Shown here one piece after another: positions 42,200 to 51,018 of a DNA stretch of 51,682 bases (within the stretch, counting starts at the first letter, position 1; the number at the start of each line of letters is the position of its first letter). Position numbers and translations under genes: made by a program. The notes under the pieces are model-generated. The model saw only the letters and a list, made by a program, of their open reading frames with translations, was not told the origin of the DNA and made no database searches. This DNA is from a virus (lineage: Duplodnaviria > Caudoviricetes): IMG/VR virus record IMGVR_UViG_3300020044_007591, positions 1-51,682 of that record; one strand, written 5' to 3'.

Positions 42200-42253
42200 T
42201 CCTAACGGGGGCTTCGGCCCCCACCCCTTCAACCCAAACCAAACCAACGGAGA
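42197..42253 (+). repeat. Intergenic cassette spacer, copy A (hairpin plus AAACC leader)
   Basis: GGGGGC-TTCG-GCCCCC, then CAACCCAAACCAAACCAACGGAGA (identical to 41823-41846). Confidence 0.8.
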
Positions 42254-42258
42254 CCACC

Positions 42259-42570
42259 ATGTCAAACATTGCAACTTTCGTAGACAAATACGCCGAACTT
42301 GACCTTCAAATCAAATCTTTGACCAAACAGCGCGACGCCCTGAAAAAAGACATTTTCGGTGCCGCCATTTACTCGATTGGCAAAGACGGGGTCGAAAGGG
42401 CAATTGTAAGCGGTGAAAAAGCCGACATTGCCATCACAAAAACCTATCCCAACAAATTCTCAAAAGATCTGGCCGAGACGCTCCTGAGCGCCGAAGATTT
42501 CCGTCGCTGCCACGCCAAAGCTATCGAACCAACCGTGACGCCCAAAGTCACCATCAAATCTTTCGCTTAA
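42259..42570 (+). CDS. Early hypothetical protein
   Basis: ATG 42259 after GGAGA; VDKYAEL..QIK.L......LK coiled start. Confidence 0.75.
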   Translation: MSNIATFVDKYAELDLQIKSLTKQRDALKKDIFGAAIYSIGKDGVERAIVSGEKADIAITKTYPNKFSKDLAETLLSAEDFRRCHAKAIEPTVTPKVTIKSFA

Positions 42571-42613
42571 TCAAACGGGGGCTCCGGCCCCCTCCCACCC
42601 CAAACCAAAGAGA
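42568..42613 (+). repeat. Intergenic cassette spacer, copy B
   Basis: TAATCAAAC-GGGGGC-TCCG-GCCCCC...CCCCAAACCAAAGAGA. Confidence 0.8.
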
Positions 42614-42619
42614 ACCGAC

Positions 42620-42703
42620 ATGATCAAGCAAACCATCGAAACAATCATCGAAATCGCCGCGCTGGGATTATTTCTTGCCGCAATCGGAATTTGGGCAATT
42701 TAA
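42620..42703 (+). CDS. 27-aa single-TM peptide (not in ORF track)
   Basis: MIKQTIETIIEIAALGLFLAAIGIWAI, placed after spacer copy B like the other cassette genes. Confidence 0.6.
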   Translation: MIKQTIETIIEIAALGLFLAAIGIWAI

Positions 42704-42717
42704 TTTAAAATAATCGG

Positions 42718-42746
42718 TTGACACCGGAAATAAGTTCCGGTAAGAC
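42718..42746 (+). promoter_or_regulatory. Early promoter 2 with the same operator
   Basis: TTGACA-17-TAAGAC; ACCGGAA-N5-TTCCGGT at 42723-42741. Confidence 0.75.
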
Positions 42747-42793
42747 TATAATTGTTAAAACAAACCAAACCAAACCAAACGGAGACCAAACCA

Positions 42794-43096
42794 ATGACAC
42801 ATATCGCCCCATTCTCCCTGCCGATCTACAAAAAAGGCCATTACCCCAACCAATACGTTTGCGAAGCAGAGCTCATGACATCGATAGACGTATGCAAAAT
42901 GATTGTAGGCGGTCACATCAACCCAAAAGAGCTGGAAGCCATCTTGTTTATTGACCCTGAGAATAACGTGGTCATAGACAAAACCAAAAGCGTCGCCACC
43001 CTTGTTTTTGATCATTGCTTCGTCCGTGAGATCAAACCAGATTCCGATACAATGCTCTGGCTCGACGAGCATGGCCAAGACATTTACGAATTGTAA
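42794..43096 (+). CDS. Early hypothetical protein
   Basis: ATG 42794 after (CAAAC)4-GGAGA. Confidence 0.7.
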   Translation: MTHIAPFSLPIYKKGHYPNQYVCEAELMTSIDVCKMIVGGHINPKELEAILFIDPENNVVIDKTKSVATLVFDHCFVREIKPDSDTMLWLDEHGQDIYEL

Positions 43097-43119
43097 TTTA
43101 ATTGACGGGAGCGGGAATT

Positions 43120-43317
43120 ATGGAAGAGACAGTCATAATCGTTACCAAAGAACCGTCCGGCCTGTACATTGAGACGGCCTTCAAAAACCTCCAAGAAGCG
43201 ACGCAGTTTGCCCAGCACGAAGAGAAGCATGGCCGTAAAGTCATCAGCCGCGCCAGAATCTTAACTTTTGAAACCGCAGCTAAAGCAATCGAGGAGGCCG
43301 CACAATGGCGCAAGTAA
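43120..43317 (+). CDS. Hypothetical protein
   Basis: ATG 43120 after GGGAG; 65 aa. Confidence 0.6.
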   Translation: MEETVIIVTKEPSGLYIETAFKNLQEATQFAQHEEKHGRKVISRARILTFETAAKAIEEAAQWRK

Positions 43318-43472
43318 TCGAGATCTACGACGCAGAAGGCAAGATGCTCGGCTGGGTAAGCCAATCTATTATGTCAGGCAGCTGGCGGGCTCTCAGCTTA
43401 GACGGGTGGGTAATTTACTGCACAAGTCAGGCTTCGGCAGAAACAGCCCTGAGAGAGGGACAGCGGGTATGA
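43305..43472 (+). CDS. Hypothetical protein (55 aa, not in ORF track)
   Basis: GAGGAGG RBS; MAQVIEIYDAEGKMLGWV...; ATGA overlap with the HTH gene. Confidence 0.65.
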   Translation: MAQVIEIYDAEGKMLGWVSQSIMSGSWRALSLDGWVIYCTSQASAETALREGQRV

Positions 43473-43678
43473 CCCCCGCCGAACTTAACGAGATCCTAAA
43501 CCGCCTCAAGATCCGCCACGCCGATCTGGCGGTCTTGGGTGCGGTCACACCCCGCTGCGTACATAACTGGTCTTCGGGCTATCGTCCTGTTCCTAGACCT
43601 ATGGCAATCCTCCTTCGCGCCATTGACCAAAACATCATCCCCGATGAATGGCTCTTTGAGCAGGTTGCGACGACCTAA
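43469..43678 (+). CDS. XRE-family HTH regulator
   Basis: MTPAEL...L......ADLA....VTPR.V.NW.SG.RPVP. Confidence 0.75.
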   Translation: MTPAELNEILNRLKIRHADLAVLGAVTPRCVHNWSSGYRPVPRPMAILLRAIDQNIIPDEWLFEQVATT

Positions 43679-43878
43679 AAAACGTCCGAACTCCCCGCCG
43701 CACCGACCGTACCACCGTACCCCTCCTATAGGAGGGGGGTACGGTACGGTACGTTTTCGGACGTTTTGCCCCTAAACGTACCGGTACGAAAAAGTACGGT
43801 ACGGTACGCCGGTACGTTTTATACCAAAACGTACCAAAACGTACCAGTACGCCAAAAGTACGGTACGGTACGGTACGC
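43679..43878. other. Putative replication origin (palindrome plus GTAC-core iterons)
   Basis: 18-bp perfect palindrome at 43720-37 inside a larger inverted repeat; about 18 GTAC cores; abuts the primase-helicase stop. Confidence 0.65.
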
Positions 43879-43880
43879 CA

Positions 43881-45893
43881 TCACCGTTCACCCTTAGCCA
43901 TAAGCAAAGCGGTCGCGTGAACTTCATTACTGACAACCCACCCCGACGCGGTGGGGCTGATGATCTCGGCAATGATCAACGCGCCAATAAGCTGGTCGGC
44001 GGATCCCGGCTTGAGCTTCTTGTCTGCCGTCGCCTCGCTGCACCCGTCTGAGATCAGCTTGGCCCTGAGAGCTGATCTGCTCAGGTACGGCAGGCCATTG
44101 CGCTCATCAGCCCCAGAGGCGTACCACGCCGATTCAAACTGCTTGCGCAGCCCATCAACCTTGCTCTCCTTCTTGACGGCCGCAGGAGCCTCCACAAGGG
44201 CAACAACAGCGCTCGTAACGGGCTGCTCGTCCTCGTCTAGCCAGCCGGGGATCGTGACTGACTGAAGCTCAGCGTAGACCGGCTCGGCCATCTCGGAATC
44301 TTTGCTTTTTCTCTGGACGATCTGCATGGGCGAGCCTTCTTTGCCGGGCACGATGCTGATCTCAATATCGAGCGCCCCGCGCCACGCTGAGGATCCTCGT
44401 GCCCTATGCTGCGCCTCATCGCTGACGCCGGTGTGGTGGACGAGCAGGACCGAACACTGGAACTCGCTCATCAAGGCCCCGCAGGCGTCGAGCATGGTCT
44501 TGGCGTCTTGGGCGCTGTTTTCGTCGCCCAGCAGAAACCTGTGCAAGGTATCGACCACAATGAGGTTTGGCCGCTTGGGCAGAGCCCTGATATTGTCCAC
44601 CACCCGCATGTAACCGGCGGGGGTGTTGAGGTCGCAACCGTCGCGGGAGAGCCACATGGATAGCGGCCCGGCGTTCTGGTGGACCTTCCAAGCGGCTACA
44701 CGGCCCCGTAGGCCGTGATGGCCCTCGCCAGCAAGATATACAACAGATCCAGTCTTGACCCTGTTCCCCGCCCACTCTGGCAAGCCGGAGGACATGCGCA
44801 GGCACCAGTCAAGGACGACGAATGTTTTGCCGCCACCTGACGGGCCGTGGACCATGATCAAGGCGCGGTCTTGCAGCCAACGCTTGACTAACCACGATAT
44901 GGGGGCGGGCTGTGAGCAGAAGTCGTCGGCTGGTATCAGCCAATCGTCTTTGGGCGGCACGAGGAGGGCGGCAAGGTCATGCCCAGATTGACGGTAATCG
45001 TTTGCGTCCCCAAGCTCAGGCGGCATGACAAACCTCGCGCCGTGTTTGGCGGATGCCTGCTCGGCATATCGCTGGCCAACGCCGGAGGCGTCATTATCCG
45101 CGACAATCACAATATCCTGCGCGGCCCCGAAGACCTCGCGCATTGTGCCGGTGACGGGAACGAGGTTCGATGCCGAATAGGCTACAATACAGGGGCGTCC
45201 GGTAGCTTCATGGATTGTCGCGGCAGTGGCAAATCCCTCGGCAACGTAAAGGGTGCCGGGCTCATCAAGAGTGCCGATCTGCCAAAAGCGCCCTCCCGTC
45301 TGTGCCCCTGAGTGGTAAAGTTTACCGCCGTCTGCGGCGATGTATTGTAGGCTGCTCAAGGCTCCGTCGCTATCAAACAGCGGCACAACCAGCCGCCCGT
45401 CTCCCGTCACTCTGGCGCCATGGGTCTTGATGCCCTTACGGGTCAGGTAGGGATGATCGGGACTAGCAGCAGTGCAATCAACCCAGATTTTCTCCACAAC
45501 ATTCGATGCGATTTCGTGCTTTCTGGCCGCTTCGGCATCCCGCATTGCCTTTGCCTCGGCTAACCGGCGGGCGTGGGCCATCTCTTCGGTATGGGAAAGC
45601 TTTCTTCCTAAATCAGCTCGCCAAGGCGACTCAAAACCTGATCGCCAGCAACCGAATCTACCGGCTGGAACCCCGTCGCCGAAAGCGACATACCAGCCCG
45701 GCTTATCCCCGTGACCGCCCTGCCCTTTGGTCCCAGAGGCGAAGCGGTGAAGCTTGCCATCTAATAAGATTTCACGGGGCGGCGTCAGGCCGGATGCTAT
45801 TATTGCGTCTCGAAGCTGATCTTCTGGTGGCAGGACGGGAGAATTGCTTGGTGGGGACCACGGACCCCCTAAAATACCAGTTAAATCAGCCAT
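43881..45893 (-). CDS. Primase-helicase (Toprim plus RecA-like/AAA_25 helicase)
   Basis: HPYL..KGI, VAEGFATA, ADND and DAND Toprim motifs; GPSGGGKT, YLAGEG, VVDTL, VHH.G and RGSS. Confidence 0.88.
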   Translation of the reverse strand: MADLTGILGGPWSPPSNSPVLPPEDQLRDAIIASGLTPPREILLDGKLHRFASGTKGQGGHGDKPGWYVAFGDGVPAGRFGCWRSGFESPWRADLGRKLSHTEEMAHARRLAEAKAMRDAEAARKHEIASNVVEKIWVDCTAASPDHPYLTRKGIKTHGARVTGDGRLVVPLFDSDGALSSLQYIAADGGKLYHSGAQTGGRFWQIGTLDEPGTLYVAEGFATAATIHEATGRPCIVAYSASNLVPVTGTMREVFGAAQDIVIVADNDASGVGQRYAEQASAKHGARFVMPPELGDANDYRQSGHDLAALLVPPKDDWLIPADDFCSQPAPISWLVKRWLQDRALIMVHGPSGGGKTFVVLDWCLRMSSGLPEWAGNRVKTGSVVYLAGEGHHGLRGRVAAWKVHQNAGPLSMWLSRDGCDLNTPAGYMRVVDNIRALPKRPNLIVVDTLHRFLLGDENSAQDAKTMLDACGALMSEFQCSVLLVHHTGVSDEAQHRARGSSAWRGALDIEISIVPGKEGSPMQIVQRKSKDSEMAEPVYAELQSVTIPGWLDEDEQPVTSAVVALVEAPAAVKKESKVDGLRKQFESAWYASGADERNGLPYLSRSALRAKLISDGCSEATADKKLKPGSADQLIGALIIAEIISPTASGWVVSNEVHATALLMAKGER

Positions 45894-46065
45894 TTTTAGT
45901 TTCCTCAAAATAATCGCTTAAAGCTTTGATAACTTTATATTTTGGGTTATTTGTACGGCTATCCCGCAAATTTCTAATGGTATTATGATGCAGCTTTGTT
46001 GCCGCCGCAACCATGCTGATTCGTCGATCTCTCAGGGCAAGTCGAATCTGCTCTATTGTTAACAT
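45886..46065 (-). CDS. Cro-like HTH protein (59 aa, not in ORF track)
   Basis: MLTIEQIRLALRDRRISMVAAATKLHHNTIRNLRDSRTNNPKYKVIKALSDYFEETKNG; overlaps the primase start. Confidence 0.75.
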   Translation of the reverse strand: MLTIEQIRLALRDRRISMVAAATKLHHNTIRNLRDSRTNNPKYKVIKALSDYFEETKNG

Positions 46066-46100
46066 TTTTGATTCCAGTGTGCGTTTTTGCTATTTCGATG

Positions 46101-46133
46101 TTGCAATCTGCCACGAAGCAAGTTAGATTGCAA
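46101..46133. promoter_or_regulatory. Overlapping divergent promoters forming an inverted repeat
   Basis: TTGCAATCT-N15-AGATTGCAA; rightward TTGCAA-17-TAGATT, leftward TTGCAA-17-CAGATT. Confidence 0.6.
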
Positions 46134-46179
46134 GCGTGATCGAACGGATTATCCGACCGATTAAATCAAGGAGGCCTTC

Positions 46180-46854
46180 GTGGCTATAAACGTGAAAAAT
46201 ACTAGCGGGTTGTCCGCTAGCGGCGTCAAAATGCTTGTCTATGGACAGGCTGGCGCTGGCAAGACCAGTTTGATCAGAACCCTTCCCGATCCAATTGTGT
46301 TGTCGGCTGAGGGCGGTTTGTTGTCTATTCAGGACGCCAACCTGCCTTACATCGAGATCAACTCGATGGATGATCTCAAAGAAGCCTACACTTGGATGGG
46401 AACTCCAGAGGGATTGCGGTACAAAAGCGTGGCGCTTGATAGCATCAGCGAAATTGCTGAGGTTGTCCTGAACCACGAAAAGAAGATCGCAAAAGACCCC
46501 CGTCAGGCTTACGGCGCGATGCAAGAGCAGATGGCAGACATCATTCGAGCCTTCCGCGACTTGCCGGAGCGCCACATTTACATGAGCGCCAAGCTGGAAA
46601 AAACCCAAGATGAAATGGGCCGTGTTCTTTATGCCCCCTCAATGCCGGGCAATAAGACTGGCCAAAGCCTGCCCTACTTCTTTGACGAAGTATTGGCCCT
46701 CCGCGTCGAAAAGGACGCAGACGGCAACACCCAGCGGGCTATCATGTGCGACTCGGACGGGCTTTGGCTGGCTAAGGATCGTTCCGGCAAACTTTCGGCA
46801 TGGGAAGCGCCAGACCTTGGGGAGATCATCGCAAAGATCGGGGGCGCATCGTGA
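46180..46854 (+). CDS. Sak4-like ssDNA-annealing ATPase (AAA_24)
   Basis: YGQAGAGKT, SAEGG, ALDSISE and KDRSG; AAGGAGG RBS. Confidence 0.8.
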   Translation: MAINVKNTSGLSASGVKMLVYGQAGAGKTSLIRTLPDPIVLSAEGGLLSIQDANLPYIEINSMDDLKEAYTWMGTPEGLRYKSVALDSISEIAEVVLNHEKKIAKDPRQAYGAMQEQMADIIRAFRDLPERHIYMSAKLEKTQDEMGRVLYAPSMPGNKTGQSLPYFFDEVLALRVEKDADGNTQRAIMCDSDGLWLAKDRSGKLSAWEAPDLGEIIAKIGGAS

Positions 46855-47234
46855 CGCCGCTGGTTAAATTATCTAGCGAGTGGATTGACGCCAAGAACGC
46901 TGAAAAAGAAGCCACCGACCGGCGGCGACTGATTGAGGATGAGATCTGTCGGATTCTTGAAATTCAAGAATCGGACGAACGAACCCGCAGGCTTGAGGCT
47001 GAAATATTTACGATCAAAATAACTTGCCGGATCAATCGTAAAGTTGATGGCGATTTAGCTCAAGAAATTGCAGCGGAAAATGGCATGGAAGACTATCTGC
47101 CTATGTTGTTTCGCTGGAAACCAGAACTCAACATGACTGCATGGGATGCTGTTGGCGACAACGTCAAACAGGTATTCTCACGCGCAATAACCGCGACGCC
47201 CGGAAGGCCGTCTTTCAACATCACAAAGGATTAA
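46851..47234 (+). CDS. Conserved protein of the Sak4-SSB module
   Basis: GTG at 46851 overlaps the upstream stop; W..AK..E......R..IE, FRWKPE and PGRPSF. Confidence 0.7.
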   Translation: MTPLVKLSSEWIDAKNAEKEATDRRRLIEDEICRILEIQESDERTRRLEAEIFTIKITCRINRKVDGDLAQEIAAENGMEDYLPMLFRWKPELNMTAWDAVGDNVKQVFSRAITATPGRPSFNITKD

Positions 47235-47238
47235 TAAC

Positions 47239-47727
47239 ATGGCGCATTTAGGTGAAACATTCGACGTACAGACATTACCGCAGGGTAACTCAGGAACTTT
47301 TGAACCCCTGCCGCCCGGTTGGTATAGCGCGACTATCATGGCAGCAGAGCTGAAGGCTACAAAGAGTGGAACGGGTCAGTACGTTGCCATTCGTTACGAC
47401 ATCAGCGGGCCTACACATCAGGGCCGCGTTGTCTTTGGCAATTTGAATATCCGCAATCAGTCACCAAAAGCTGAAGAAATTGGTCGGCAGCAATTGGGTG
47501 AAATCATGCGAGCCACAGGAATTGGCCGCGTTGATGATACTGACCAGCTGATTGGCAATAGTCTTCAGATTAAACTGGAGATTGAAAAATCCGAACAGTA
47601 CGGGGACAAGAACCAAATTAAAGGGTTCAAGGCAATTGGCGGCGGAGCACCGCCCAAGATTGCAACGGCCTCTGTTGCGCCTTCTGCTGCTCCCGTCAAA
47701 GCAGCACCGCCGTGGGCTAAGAAGTAA
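47239..47727 (+). CDS. DUF669-like single-stranded DNA-binding protein
   Basis: PLP.GWY...I..AE...TK.G.G, GR.VF...N and N.IKG; ends PPWAKK. Confidence 0.8.
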   Translation: MAHLGETFDVQTLPQGNSGTFEPLPPGWYSATIMAAELKATKSGTGQYVAIRYDISGPTHQGRVVFGNLNIRNQSPKAEEIGRQQLGEIMRATGIGRVDDTDQLIGNSLQIKLEIEKSEQYGDKNQIKGFKAIGGGAPPKIATASVAPSAAPVKAAPPWAKK

Positions 47728-47743
47728 GATTTAAACCTTACCA

Positions 47744-47773
47744 CCCCCAGTCAGAAATGGCTGGGGGATTTCT
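47744..47773 (+). terminator. GAAA-tetraloop hairpin / weak terminator
   Basis: CCCCCAGTCA-GAAA-TGGCTGGGGG-ATTTCT. Confidence 0.5.
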
Positions 47774-47782
47774 GGAGATAAT

Positions 47783-48802
47783 ATGAAAATCCCAAGCCGC
47801 GAAAACACTATTGAAAACCTGATCGACAAAACGCACGAGAACCGTGCGCAAAAACCACGTCCACATATGGGCGCGTCTATGCTCGGCAGCGCTTGCGAGC
47901 GTTGGATGTGGCTGTCGTTTCGCTGGGCAGTGCAACCAGTGTTTCCGGGGCGGATCTTGCGCCTGTTTCGTCGCGGCCATCAGGAAGAACCAAACATCAT
48001 CAACGATCTTCGATCAATTGGCGTAATGGTGCAGAATCTTGAAACGCAAACAAACGTCAATTTTGGTTCTCATGTGTCTGGCAGCGTTGACGCGGTGATT
48101 GAGGGCGGCGTCCCAGAGGCTATGCAAAAGCGGCACATTGGTGAGTTCAAGACGCACTCGCTGAAATCATTCAATGATGTGGAGGCAAAGGGTGTCGAGA
48201 AATCAAAGCCGGAACATTACGCCCAGATGCAAGTCTATATGCACGGCACTGGGATTGATCGCGCTCTTTATGTGGCGGTATGCAAAGACAATGACCGTAT
48301 TTATACTGAGCGTGTACGTTACAACAAAGAAATTGCGGAGACGCTGGTCGAGAGGGGCAAGCGCATTGCATTATCTGACAGAATGCCTCCGCCTGTATCG
48401 ACAGACCCAAGCTGGTATCAATGCAAGTTCTGCGCGGCGCAATCGTTTTGCCACGAAACGAACTTGACCGAGCACGTCAATTGCCGCACTTGCGCACACA
48501 GCACGTCAAAGGATGACAGCACATGGCACTGCGAGCGGTGGAATAATGAAATCGCGCTTGAGTACCAGTATGACGGCTGCGAGTCGCACACGCTCCACCC
48601 AGACCTTGTGCCTTGGCAAATGAAAGACAGCTCGCGGGACTGGACCGCGATCTATGAGATCGACGGCAAAGATGTTGCCAACGGCGAGCCGGATGCAAAC
48701 ATTTATTCAAGCAAAGAAATATTGGCCAACCCAACTGGATGCACCGACACGACGGCGGCAGCCGTCAGAACAATGTGGAAAGGGGCAACGGTAATAAAAT
48801 GA
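47783..48802 (+). CDS. Cas4-like PD-(D/E)XK exonuclease
   Basis: R.H.GAS.LG..C.R, GS.D, EFKT, HYAQMQ.YM and C.FC; additional CRTC.H. Confidence 0.8.
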   Translation: MKIPSRENTIENLIDKTHENRAQKPRPHMGASMLGSACERWMWLSFRWAVQPVFPGRILRLFRRGHQEEPNIINDLRSIGVMVQNLETQTNVNFGSHVSGSVDAVIEGGVPEAMQKRHIGEFKTHSLKSFNDVEAKGVEKSKPEHYAQMQVYMHGTGIDRALYVAVCKDNDRIYTERVRYNKEIAETLVERGKRIALSDRMPPPVSTDPSWYQCKFCAAQSFCHETNLTEHVNCRTCAHSTSKDDSTWHCERWNNEIALEYQYDGCESHTLHPDLVPWQMKDSSRDWTAIYEIDGKDVANGEPDANIYSSKEILANPTGCTDTTAAAVRTMWKGATVIK

Positions 48803-49239
48803 GGCCCATTTACGAAACTCCCGTAGACTTAGAAAACGAACGTGAGGTAGCGGATTATTTGTCCGCCAAATGGGAATGCGATTTTGTAAAGTTGAAAATT
48901 TCGTATGGCTTGGATTTCGGGGTTGTGAAGGACGGCGTTCTTGTGGCGACGGCAGAAATCAAATGCCGCAATTATACAAGTAAACAAATCGACGGGTGGG
49001 GTGGCCTTATGTTAAGTGCCAGCAAATCGCACCGGGCAGCGGAATGGACTGTGCCGTTTGTGCTTGCGGCAAAACTAACAGATGGTTTGTTTGTGGCTAC
49101 GATTAACCATTGGGCTCCATATACAATCAAAATTACAGGCCGAAAAGATCGGGGAGATTGGCAAGATATAGAGCCTTGTTGCATCATCCCAATGAGCGAA
49201 TTTGAAAAAATGGAAATGAATAATGACCCAGCTCCGTGA
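48799..49239 (+). CDS. PD-(D/E)XK-fold nuclease-like protein
   Basis: LDF.........AEIKCR motif; R.D..DIEP. Confidence 0.6.
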   Translation: MRPIYETPVDLENEREVADYLSAKWECDFVKLKISYGLDFGVVKDGVLVATAEIKCRNYTSKQIDGWGGLMLSASKSHRAAEWTVPFVLAAKLTDGLFVATINHWAPYTIKITGRKDRGDWQDIEPCCIIPMSEFEKMEMNNDPAP

Positions 49240-50815
49240 ATATCAACAAAGAGCAATCGACCAGCTTTATAAATGGTTTGAAGATGGCAACAAAGGCAAC
49301 CCATGCATTGTTATGCCGACTGGATCGGGCAAGAGCCACATCGTGGCGGCCCTTTGTAAAGATGCTTTGCAAACGTGGCCAGAGACACAGATCCTGATGT
49401 TGACCCATGTAAAAGAACTGATTGAACAGAACGCGCAGAAGATGCGCGAGCATTGGCCAAATGCACCGATGGGAATTTACTCAGCAAGCATCGGCAAGAA
49501 GCAGCTTGGCGAGCCCATTACGTTTGCTGGCATTCAGTCGATTGGCAAAAAAGCAGCTGATGTTGGCCACATTGATTTGGTCATCATCGATGAGTGCCAT
49601 TTGGTGAACCACAAAGAGACAGGCGAATACCGCACGTTCCTTCAAGATCTATTGAGTATTAATCCGGCGTTGCGCGTGGTTGGGTTGACCGCCACGCCCT
49701 TCAGACTGGGCCACGGCTACATCACCGACAAGCCAGCAATGTTTGACGCAATCTTGGAGCCGGTCAGCATCGAGGAGCTGATCTATAAGAATTTTCTTGC
49801 CACATTGCGTAGCAAGCACACTAAAGAAAAATTGGACGTTTCTGGCGTTAAAAAGCGCGGCGGGGAATATATTGAAAGCGAGTTGCAAGCGGCGGTGGAC
49901 ACCGACCCAAAGAACCGGGCAATTGTCGATGAGGTCATCGATATGGCTTGGGATCGCAAGGCTTGGCTGTTCTTTTGCGCTGGCGTTGACCATGCGTACA
50001 ATGTGGCTAAGATTCTGCGTGAAAAAAACATTCCTGCGGCTTGCGTGACCGGAAAAACGCCAAAGAAAGAACGTGAGCAGATATTAACTGACTTCAAATC
50101 TGGTAAATTACGGGCACTTACAAATGCCAATGTGCTGACAACTGGGTTTGACTATCCTGACATTGACCTGATTGCTATGCTGCGCCCTACCATGAGCGCT
50201 GGTTTGTATGTACAAATGGCTGGCCGTGGGATGCGTCTAAAGTCGCATACTGATCACTGTATGGTGCTAGACTTCGCTGGCGTTGTGGCCACGCACGGGC
50301 CTATTACGGCGGTACAACCGCCCAAAAAAGCCAAGCCGGGGCAAGATGGCGAAGCGCCAGTCAAGGCTTGTCCTGAGTGCCATGAGCTGGTGCCACCAAA
50401 CACCAAAGAATGCCCGTGCTGCAAATACCAGTTCCCTATTGCGCAAAAAAAATTGGAACTGCGTTACGATGACATCATGGGGTTGGACGGCAATGAGATG
50501 AAAGTGACGGACTGGCGTTGGCGCAAGCACATCAGCCGCACAAGCGGCAAGGAAATGTTGTCTGTTTCGTATTACGGTGGCTTGTCTGATCCCGCAATTA
50601 CCGAGTATTTTCCTGTGACGCATGATGGTTATGCGGGACAGAAAGCGGCGCAGAAAATTTATTACCTTAGCAACCTTTCAAAAGCAAAAATTAACGTGAT
50701 GGAAACCAACCTTGATGCAATGTCTGATGCCTTAAATACTGGCAGACCGCCGCACACCATCAAATATGAGAAAGACGGCAAGTTCTATCGAGTCACAGAC
50801 AGGAGCTGGGAATGA
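49223..50815 (+). CDS. SF2 helicase (RadD/YejH-like) with zinc ribbon
   Basis: LREYQ, PTGSGKS, DECH, TATP, LTTGFD, QMAGRG.R and CPEC...CPCC. Confidence 0.9.
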   Translation: MTQLREYQQRAIDQLYKWFEDGNKGNPCIVMPTGSGKSHIVAALCKDALQTWPETQILMLTHVKELIEQNAQKMREHWPNAPMGIYSASIGKKQLGEPITFAGIQSIGKKAADVGHIDLVIIDECHLVNHKETGEYRTFLQDLLSINPALRVVGLTATPFRLGHGYITDKPAMFDAILEPVSIEELIYKNFLATLRSKHTKEKLDVSGVKKRGGEYIESELQAAVDTDPKNRAIVDEVIDMAWDRKAWLFFCAGVDHAYNVAKILREKNIPAACVTGKTPKKEREQILTDFKSGKLRALTNANVLTTGFDYPDIDLIAMLRPTMSAGLYVQMAGRGMRLKSHTDHCMVLDFAGVVATHGPITAVQPPKKAKPGQDGEAPVKACPECHELVPPNTKECPCCKYQFPIAQKKLELRYDDIMGLDGNEMKVTDWRWRKHISRTSGKEMLSVSYYGGLSDPAITEYFPVTHDGYAGQKAAQKIYYLSNLSKAKINVMETNLDAMSDALNTGRPPHTIKYEKDGKFYRVTDRSWE

Positions 50816-51018
50816 AGAAGGAAGAGCCACAAGAGCTTAAAGTTTACAGAGAATGGCTTGATGCAATTATAGCTAAGGGGCCGCCTCGGTATTGCTATAA
50901 CTGCATACATTATGATCGTCGTCTTGGCCAATGCGATAAATTTGACATGGAGCCGCCGGTAGAATTTACTCAAACGGCAAATCAATGCGATGATTGGTTT
51001 ATGGAGCCGCCGTTTTGA
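50812..51018 (+). CDS. Small Cys-rich protein
   Basis: C.NC.H......C..F...PP........C..W. Confidence 0.7.
   Translation: MKKEEPQELKVYREWLDAIIAKGPPRYCYNCIHYDRRLGQCDKFDMEPPVEFTQTANQCDDWFMEPPF

Noticed and set aside
42207-42222. Intrinsic terminators at the GGGGGC-TYCG-GCCCCC hairpins
   Set aside because: No U-tract follows on the coding strand and downstream cassettes lack their own promoter; treated as spacer elements.
43700-43878. CRISPR array
   Set aside because: The repeats are 5-10 bp with no unique spacers; the pattern fits iterons.
47783-48802. CRISPR-associated cas4
   Set aside because: No cas1, cas2 or array; it sits in a Sak4-SSB-helicase recombination module typical of phages.
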